32,000 nucleotides of DNA. It comes from Microcystis aeruginosa NIES-2549 (GTDB lineage: Bacteria > Cyanobacteriota > Cyanobacteriia > Cyanobacteriales > Microcystaceae). The translations under genes were made by a program, and so were the position numbers. Of the stretch, positions 25,962 through 32,000 are shown piece by piece; within the stretch, counting starts at the first letter, position 1, and each line of letters starts with the position of its first letter. Location of the stretch: NCBI RefSeq assembly GCF_000981785.2, contig NZ_CP011304.1, positions 690,001-722,000 of the forward strand, in the 5' to 3' direction. The notes below the pieces were generated by a model, which had not been told where the DNA came from, ran no database searches, and was given only the letters and a program-made list of their open reading frames with translations.

Positions 25962-28331
25962 CTAAGTTAAATAAGCGATAGTTACCCCCGAACCGCCCTC
26001 ATTTTGGGGTGCTAATTGAAAGCGTTTTACCTGGGGATGACGGGATAAAAAATCGTGAACACCTTGACGCAATTTTCCCGTCCCTTTACCGTGAATAATC
26101 CATAATATACCCGATGGGGTAGCCCTGACGATCGCCTGTTCGATATCCGTTTCTGACTCTGCCACCCTGGAACCGCGAATATCGACGGTATTATTAGAAG
26201 TACGAATTAAAGGAGTCTCCTGGGGTTTTGTGGGAGTTTGGGGCAAATTTTTGGCAGGTTTTGGCACAGTTTCCACTTTTTGACCATCCAAAGACTCAAT
26301 CTGATCTAAGGGTAGGGTCATCTTCATCATACCGAAACGCAGGGAAATCTCGTCTGATTCTGGTGAAATTGCTAAAACTTCGGCAGTTTGTCCCAAATTG
26401 GGCAAGCGTACCCTTTCCCCCACTTGCGGACGATAATTAACCTTAGTTTTTTCCGTTTTTGGTAATAACCTTTCTGCGATCGCAGTTAATTCCTCTGTGG
26501 CTTTTTGAGCATCTCTACCGGTTTTTGTTCCCGCTTGCAATCGGCGAATAACCTCATTAATCTCTGCTTTTGCCGATAATAAAGCCTTTTGTATTTCCTG
26601 GTCTTGATAACGCTTTAATTCTCGCTCTCTCTCCTGTAGAGAATTGGCCCGCGTGGACACCTCTGTATAAAATTTCTCCGTTTGTTGGAGTAATTGACTA
26701 GCTTCTTGAGCTTTTGACTCCTGTTCCCGTCTTTGCGCTTCCAAACCAGCAATTACTTGATTTATCTCCTCCGATAACCCCCCCAGATGATTTCTCGCTT
26801 CGGCCACAATTTCGGGATTCAATCCCAAACGCTGGGCAATAGTTAAAGCATTAGAACGGCCCGGAATGCCCCATAATAGTCGATAAGTGGGGGAAAGAGT
26901 GCGATCATCAAACTCTACCGAGGCATTTTCAAAGCGAGAATCTCGATACTTCAACGCTTTTAATTCCCCGTAGTGAGTGGTAGCCACCGTCAGTAAACTA
27001 TGATCGGCGAGGTATTGTAAAATAGCGATCGCTAAAGGACTTCCCTCGGCCGGATCCGTACCTGCTCCCACCTCATCGAGTAAAACCAAGGAACGAGAAT
27101 TTAAAGCCGCTAAAATGCGAACAATCCGGCGAATGTGACCCGAAAAAGTCGATAAACTCTGTTGTAAAGACTGTTCATCCCCGATATCGGCTAAAACCTG
27201 ATCGAACCAGGGTATCTCTACCGGTTCCCGCGCTGGAATAAACAGGCCCGCTTTCGCCATTAAAGCCGCTAATCCGAGAGTTTTTAAAGTAACGGTTTTT
27301 CCGCCGGTATTTGGTCCGGTGATGGCAACAACGCGAATTTCTGGGCTAATCTGCACATTTATTGGTACGACCTCCCCCCCCTGTTCGTGGTGTTTTTGCC
27401 ACCAGAGCAAAGGATGGCGCAAATTCCGTAAAGTAATCGTTTCCGAACCATCGATAAAGTGGGGGGGATTACCCTCTAACCATAAACTGTAACGGGCCCT
27501 AGCGGTGGCCAGATCGAGCCTAGTAGCGATCGCTAGTAAATATTCTAAGTCCTCAAAGGCTTCGGCGATCAGATTACTTAACTGCCGCAGGATTTTTTCT
27601 TCTTCGATTTGTTCCAGACGACGATATTGCCGCAGTTGATTGCCTTGGTCAACGATAGAGTGAGGTTCAATGTAAAAAGTCGCCCCTGTGCTGGAAGTAT
27701 CGTGAATTATCCCGGGTATTTGCTCTTTTTGCGCTGCTTTGACGGGAATCACCCAGCGGTCGCTTCTTTGGGTAATCACCGCTTCTTGGATAGCACCGCC
27801 CTGTTTTTGCATGATATCCTGTAATTTTCGGTAAATACGCTCTCTAATCACCTTCATTTGTCCCCGAATTTCGCGTAATTGGGGACTAGCGCGATCAGAT
27901 ATCCGGCCATCTTCATCGATACAACGGTGTATTTCCTGTTCTATCTCTGGATAGGTGCGAATTTCCGCTACTAACTCTTTTAAAACCGGTATATCTTCTT
28001 GTTCGTCAATTAAACGGCGTAAACGTCGCACTCCCGCTAAAGTCGTGGCAATATTTAAAAGTTCCTGTCCCGATAATAAACCCCCCAGATGCGCCCTTTC
28101 TAGGGCATCACCGATGTCGGTAATCCCATCAAAGGAAAGACGACTATCTAATTTTTGTTCTAAGCTATAAACTTCTTTGGTTTGGCAGAGTAGGTTTAAA
28201 CTTTCCTCTTTGCTTTCTGGTAATGGCAATTGACGAATTGCGATCGCACCGAGTTTAGTCGCTGCAAAAGTAGCTAGGTGTTGACATAGCCGCGGCCATT
28301 CCAATAATTCTAGGGTTTCGTCTTGAATCAA
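25962..28331 (-). CDS. mutS2: endonuclease MutS2 (MutS-II ATPase with a C-terminal Smr domain)
   Basis: 789 aa with Walker A GPNTGGKTV and DEVGAGTDP. A long coiled-coil region precedes the C-terminal Smr segment (VDIRGSRVAE…IIHGKGTGKLRQGV). Confidence 0.9.
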   Translation of the reverse strand: MIQDETLELLEWPRLCQHLATFAATKLGAIAIRQLPLPESKEESLNLLCQTKEVYSLEQKLDSRLSFDGITDIGDALERAHLGGLLSGQELLNIATTLAGVRRLRRLIDEQEDIPVLKELVAEIRTYPEIEQEIHRCIDEDGRISDRASPQLREIRGQMKVIRERIYRKLQDIMQKQGGAIQEAVITQRSDRWVIPVKAAQKEQIPGIIHDTSSTGATFYIEPHSIVDQGNQLRQYRRLEQIEEEKILRQLSNLIAEAFEDLEYLLAIATRLDLATARARYSLWLEGNPPHFIDGSETITLRNLRHPLLWWQKHHEQGGEVVPINVQISPEIRVVAITGPNTGGKTVTLKTLGLAALMAKAGLFIPAREPVEIPWFDQVLADIGDEQSLQQSLSTFSGHIRRIVRILAALNSRSLVLLDEVGAGTDPAEGSPLAIAILQYLADHSLLTVATTHYGELKALKYRDSRFENASVEFDDRTLSPTYRLLWGIPGRSNALTIAQRLGLNPEIVAEARNHLGGLSEEINQVIAGLEAQRREQESKAQEASQLLQQTEKFYTEVSTRANSLQERERELKRYQDQEIQKALLSAKAEINEVIRRLQAGTKTGRDAQKATEELTAIAERLLPKTEKTKVNYRPQVGERVRLPNLGQTAEVLAISPESDEISLRFGMMKMTLPLDQIESLDGQKVETVPKPAKNLPQTPTKPQETPLIRTSNNTVDIRGSRVAESETDIEQAIVRATPSGILWIIHGKGTGKLRQGVHDFLSRHPQVKRFQLAPQNEGGSGVTIAYLT

Positions 28332-28398
28332 TTTTGTAGTTTTTTATAATACGCTTTGTATTTCTAGTCTAACCAGATTTGGCCTGATTTTTACAGGA

Positions 28399-28490
28399 GT
28401 GGGGTGTGGGGTGTGGGGTGTGGGGAGATGGGGGGATTTCAACTAATACCCCAAAACCTTAACCCCCCAAAACCCTAACACCCAACCCCT
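28399..28490. repeat. STRR composite: (GTGGGGT)x4 + GATGGGGGG, core ATTTCAACTAA, then a C-rich degenerate (CCCMAAAAC-like) arm
   Basis: Read directly. It has the same G-arm/ATTTCAACTAA/C-arm layout as 25847-25918 and ends 10 nt from the psb27 stop. Confidence 0.9.
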
Positions 28491-28499
28491 AATCTGTAT

Positions 28500-28901
28500 C
28501 TAAATTCCTTTCTGGAGAGAGAATTGCACCTGTTTAAATTCTTGTTTTAAACGTTGTTTGAGTTTGTCGGGGATGGGACGGGAACCGTAGGCGGTATAAT
28601 AACCTGCCAGAGAGTTTAAGGCTGTTTGCATAGTAGTGAAAGAACGCAAACCCCCGGATTTTTTATCTCGTCGGTAGAGGGAGATGTAATCGTTGATTTG
28701 TTCCTTTGCTTGCGACTCAACTGCCGCTTTATTCGGATCATCTTTGACTAAATCAAGGGCTGTGGTTAAAGTTTCAATCACCGTCAGGGTATCTTTTCCA
28801 TAATTGCCCGTTAACCCCGAACTACTAGAACAACCCATCAATCCGATGACAAGGACGAGAACCAAAGCTAATAAGCGAGAAATGTAAGGTTTTAGAGACA
28901 T
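28500..28901 (-). CDS. psb27: photosystem II assembly lipoprotein Psb27
   Basis: It carries a lipobox (LMGCSSS). GLTGNY..DTLTVIETL…INDYISLYRR…GLRSFTTMQTALNSLAGYYT.YG.RPIP matches Synechocystis Psb27 as I recall it. The track ORF starts at TTG 28928; ATG 28901 (MSLKPY…) is preferred. Confidence 0.9.
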   Translation of the reverse strand: MSLKPYISRLLALVLVLVIGLMGCSSSSGLTGNYGKDTLTVIETLTTALDLVKDDPNKAAVESQAKEQINDYISLYRRDKKSGGLRSFTTMQTALNSLAGYYTAYGSRPIPDKLKQRLKQEFKQVQFSLQKGI

Positions 28902-29023
28902 ATTTTCGATACCATAAGTTAATCCCAAGTCACCTTATCCTATCAGGAAACCGTGACCAGTTCCCTAGGAGAGTCAACCGGCTGCAAAAATCAGGGGTCA
29001 ACCCGGGGGTAAATAGCCAAAAT

Positions 29024-29056
29024 ATAGGCTTTTTTGACGGTAAAAGCCCTATTTTT
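29024..29056. terminator. bidirectional hairpin-terminator candidate in the psb27-kinase spacer
   Basis: ATAGGCTTTT-ttgacggt-AAAAGCC(C)TAT is followed by TTTTT on the plus strand and by ATTTTGG on the minus strand. It lies about 210 nt downstream of the kinase stop. Confidence 0.35.
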
Positions 29057-29263
29057 GCCTAAAAGTTGCGATGCCATCAACCCGGAGGGAGTTGATTCTG
29101 GACTAATTCGGGCCGCGATCAGGCACTGGTGGCGGTTTCAGGGTCGATCGAGATTGGACTTTGCGATCGATTAATCTAGAAGATAAAAATTCGCCGTTGC
29201 TTTCGTCCCATTTCGGAAGAAAGAAAGTTAAATTTTGTCATCTTTGGGCCGCTCAAGCTGGAA

Positions 29264-30628
29264 CTAGGGTGAAATAGGCAGTTTGACGGTAAAGCTTGTT
29301 CCCTCACCCACTTGGCTATCTAGGGTGATTTCGCCACGGTGGAGTTCGACGCATTTTTTAACCACTGCTAACCCCAATCCCGTGCCAATAATATTTTCCA
29401 CATTCTGACCCCGATAAAAGGGTTCATAGATCTTACCTCTATCTTCCTCGGCAATGCCGATCCCGTGATCCCGGACTTGAAAAACAATGCGATCGCTATC
29501 TTTCCCCAAAATCAAACTAATCCCTGCTCCCGTGGGGGAATATTTAATGGCATTTAAGAGTAAATTAGTTAAAATCGAGTAGAGCAGTTTCTCATCTAGA
29601 TAAGGACGGCTCATCAATCCCTGACTGACAAATTTAATCGGGGTATTATTTTTATTAATAAATTGAAAATCCTCGACTAAATTTAAACAAAAAGCTTCAA
29701 TATCGAGCGGCTCTAGCCGACAACTTAGATTTCCAGATTCTGCCCTTGTTAAAATTAAAATATCTGTTAAGAATTGATTCATTAGCTTGACAGAAGACTG
29801 GATTCTATATAGGTTTTTTCTGCTCGACTGATCTGCATCTTTTAAGCCACTTTCTAATAACTGGGAGGCGGAAAAAATAACGGTTAAAGGGGTTCTAAAC
29901 TCATGGGATATCATTGAAAAAAGCTGAATTTTTAGATCAGAAAGTTCTTTTTCCTGTAGTAATAAACGATGAATTTTATCACTTTTTTGTCGCCGTTTCT
30001 CTTGCCAAAAAACTAAAAAATAAACTCCGCAAATAATCCCAAAACTGATAAAAGTTCCCAGTAACCCCAACAGAGAATTGTCGCGGATACTATCCCTAGA
30101 ACTAGCGATGCTACTTCTTAAATTCCTTTTCTGACTAGCTTGTAAATAGGTAAGAAGATTTTGAAACTTATCCCGGATATCGACACTTTTAACCGTGATT
30201 GCATCTTGAAAAAGATCATCGGATTGATCGGATTTATAGGTAGCGATCGATTGATTAAATAGAGCAATTCGCCGATACATTAAATCCCCGATCTGAGTGA
30301 CCATTTCCCGCTCGAAATCCGTGCCATTTTCTAATTGTTTAGCCAGGAGTTGCCAGTTAGATTGCATCAAAGCGATCGCCCGACGATGACGGCCCAATTC
30401 CCTAGGGCTGCCAGTTTTGATATAATCCCGTCTTCCCGATTCGGCCACCGCCATGTTAGCGTAAAGATTAGCGAGATTATCGATGATCTCGTAGGTAACT
30501 TCCACCTCAGCAGCGCGCTGACGCAGGGCGAGGGTATTGCGATAGGAAACTAGGCTAATAGTTCCCATCAATAAGACAGTTAGCCCGAAACCTCCCGCGA
30601 TCCATTTTCCTTGTTTGAGCCAATTCAT
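29264..30628 (-). CDS. sensor histidine kinase with an N-terminal CHASE3-like periplasmic domain
   Basis: 454 aa. Two TM segments flank a CHASE3-like region (SYRNTLAL…ESGRRDY). The H-box is SHEFRTPL and the N/G1/G2 boxes are NAIKYS, DHGIGI and GTGLGLAV. No response regulator lies in the window. Confidence 0.85.
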   Translation of the reverse strand: MNWLKQGKWIAGGFGLTVLLMGTISLVSYRNTLALRQRAAEVEVTYEIIDNLANLYANMAVAESGRRDYIKTGSPRELGRHRRAIALMQSNWQLLAKQLENGTDFEREMVTQIGDLMYRRIALFNQSIATYKSDQSDDLFQDAITVKSVDIRDKFQNLLTYLQASQKRNLRSSIASSRDSIRDNSLLGLLGTFISFGIICGVYFLVFWQEKRRQKSDKIHRLLLQEKELSDLKIQLFSMISHEFRTPLTVIFSASQLLESGLKDADQSSRKNLYRIQSSVKLMNQFLTDILILTRAESGNLSCRLEPLDIEAFCLNLVEDFQFINKNNTPIKFVSQGLMSRPYLDEKLLYSILTNLLLNAIKYSPTGAGISLILGKDSDRIVFQVRDHGIGIAEEDRGKIYEPFYRGQNVENIIGTGLGLAVVKKCVELHRGEITLDSQVGEGTSFTVKLPISP

Positions 30629-30812
30629 CAGCAGTTAACTGACACTATTTCCAGCTTACTCTATCTAAATGGAGCAAGAGGACTCCCGTTAAATTTCTCC
30701 TTAATTAAAAATATACCAGAAATTAACGGGAGATGAATTGCCCCCAGAATCTAAACTAACGCGACAGTGTTTCCTAATAAGGAAAGGCTTGATTCTCAAG
30801 GTATGTATGAGC

Positions 30813-30842
30813 TTGACATATTTAAGCGGTAAGTGTTATACT
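30813..30842 (+). promoter_or_regulatory. sigma70-type promoter candidate for the second tnpB
   Basis: TTGACA (30813-30818), 18 nt, TATACT (30837-30842), 29 nt upstream of the ATG. Confidence 0.45.
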
Positions 30843-30871
30843 GAAAAGATAGCACAGATGGGATCAGGCTG

Positions 30872-32000
30872 ATGTTAAATGTTTTAAAAGTGAGAATATA
30901 CCCAAACAAAAAACAGGAACTAGCCTTAGCTAAAAACTTTGGTTGCGTCCGTTTTGTTTGGAATTACTACTTAAATAAAACTAACAATCAGTACCTAGAG
31001 ACTGGTAAAGGAATGACCTACTGTGACATGGCAAAAGACCTTACCCAACTCAAGAAACAACTGGATTTTGAATGGTTAGCTGAGGCTACTGCTGCTACCT
31101 TGCAGCAATCATTGAAAAACTTAGAATCTGCTTTTAAGAACTTCTTCTCAAAAAGAACAAAATTCCCTAAATTTAAAAGTAAGCACAAAAAACAATCAAT
31201 CCGTTATCCTGAAAGTTGTTCAATTAGAAATAAGGGAATTAAGCTACCTAAATTAGGGGTTGTAAAAGCTAAGATTTCTCAAGTAATAAATGGTAAGATT
31301 AAATCCGTAACTGTTTCTAAAACCAGTACAGATAAATATTTTGCTGCCATCTTGTTTGAGATGGATGACTCAACAACCATTGAAAAACTAAAAATATCAG
31401 GGATAGACCTAGGTTTATCTTCTTTAGTTACGGTTTTTGATGGTGAAACAACCTACAAGATTGACCCAATCAAACCTACCAGAAAATATGCTAAACGTTT
31501 AAAGCGGAGACAACAAGCATTGTCTCGTAAAGCCAAGGGGTCTAATAATCGCCAAAAAGCCATTAAGGAGGTAGCCAAGGTTCACGAAAAGATAGCAAAT
31601 ACTAGACAGGATTTTCTTCATAAACTCTCCAGAAAGTTATGCGATGAAAACCAAATCGTTGTAGCCGAGAATCTGAATATTAAAGGGTTAGCAAGGACTA
31701 AATTAGCCAAATCAATACATGACGCTGGTTTTGGTATGTTGCTTAATTTCTTGGATTACAAGCTAGAAAGAGAGGGAGGAAAACTTGTAGAAGTTGACAG
31801 GTTTTATCCGAGTACAAAGCTCTGTTCTTGCTGTGGATTTAAAAATGATTTGTTGACTCTCAGTATTCGTGAATGGATTTGTCCAGAATGTAAGACGCAG
31901 CACGATAGAGATGAAAACGCCGCCAAGAATTTAAGGGAAGAAGGTATGAGAATACTGTCAACAAATACCGATGGACAGTCGGAATTTCAAGCTTGGGGAG
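30872..32000 (+). CDS. tnpB: TnpB (IS605 OrfB-family RNA-guided endonuclease), 376 codons visible; the stop is beyond the window
   Basis: Absent from the ORF track because there is no stop. My translation reads MLNVLKVRIYPNKKQELALAKNFGCVRFVWNYY…GIDLGLSS (D)…VVAENLNIKGL (E)…CSCCG…CPECKTQHDRDENAAKNL (Zn finger plus D). I saw no in-frame stops through 32000. Confidence 0.85.
   Translation, partial: MLNVLKVRIYPNKKQELALAKNFGCVRFVWNYYLNKTNNQYLETGKGMTYCDMAKDLTQLKKQLDFEWLAEATAATLQQSLKNLESAFKNFFSKRTKFPKFKSKHKKQSIRYPESCSIRNKGIKLPKLGVVKAKISQVINGKIKSVTVSKTSTDKYFAAILFEMDDSTTIEKLKISGIDLGLSSLVTVFDGETTYKIDPIKPTRKYAKRLKRRQQALSRKAKGSNNRQKAIKEVAKVHEKIANTRQDFLHKLSRKLCDENQIVVAENLNIKGLARTKLAKSIHDAGFGMLLNFLDYKLEREGGKLVEVDRFYPSTKLCSCCGFKNDLLTLSIREWICPECKTQHDRDENAAKNLREEGMRILSTNTDGQSEFQAWG

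Larger units (their letters stand above)
30650..32000 (+). mobile_element. second tnpA-less IS200/IS605-family element, truncated by the window edge; left boundary approximate
   Basis: A left-end-type hairpin CTCCCGTTAAATTTCT…AGAAATTAACGGGAG lies at 30683-30732, upstream of a tnpB ORF. The element begins no more than about 55 bp from the kinase start codon. Confidence 0.6.

Noticed and set aside
26228-28170. Track ORFs 26228-26440, 27609-27824 and 27955-28170 on the plus strand
   Set aside because: They are antisense within mutS2. The same reasoning applies to these small ORFs nested inside, or overlapping, larger well-supported genes: 2034-2234, 4734-4958, 6104-6346, 7551-7745, 11431-11643, 13434-13643, 13725-13943, 14137-14325, 14827-15108, 15884-16090, 16729-16911, 17701-17892, 20392-20604, 20638-20901 and 30335-30553.

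Overview
This is a cyanobacterial chromosomal segment. It carries psaD, psb27 and hemJ, and GCGATCGC (HIP1) palindromes are scattered through it. The AT-rich, repeat-laden and TnpB-rich style looks Microcystis-like, but that is inference only.

Most of the window is ordinary housekeeping DNA: purD (partial), murF, hemJ, a ResIII/XPB-like helicase, nusB, a CYTH protein, gloA, trpE, psaD, a FutB-like iron permease, an MBL hydrolase, trpG, a pentapeptide protein, an LCP protein, an NlpC/P60 peptidase, an RND pump, mutS2, psb27 and a CHASE3 histidine kinase.

Four things fall outside that core:
1. Three unrelated TnpB (IS200/IS605 OrfB-type) loci, none with a tnpA. One is intact (16865-18070), one is intact but runs off the window (30872 onward), and one is a roughly 90-codon remnant (9081-9353).
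2. A tightly packed four-gene minus-strand cassette at 14191-15669. It consists of an antitoxin-like gene, a PIN toxin and two ORFs I cannot assign.
3. A roughly 350-bp element of unknown function present twice in inverted orientation, at 4088-4463 and 25468-25811. By my hand alignment the copies are about 92 percent identical. A 37-bp perfect inverted pair is nested inside them.
4. Heptamer and octamer tandem arrays (STRR-like) in nearly every long intergenic spacer. These include two similar G-arm/loop/C-arm composites immediately 3' of mutS2 and psb27.

I see no rRNA, tRNA, CRISPR array, or recognisable defence or biosynthetic cluster. The best candidates for something undescribed are the mosaic-conserved 350-bp element and the PIN-linked four-gene cassette. 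Both remain hypotheses that need database and expression checks.
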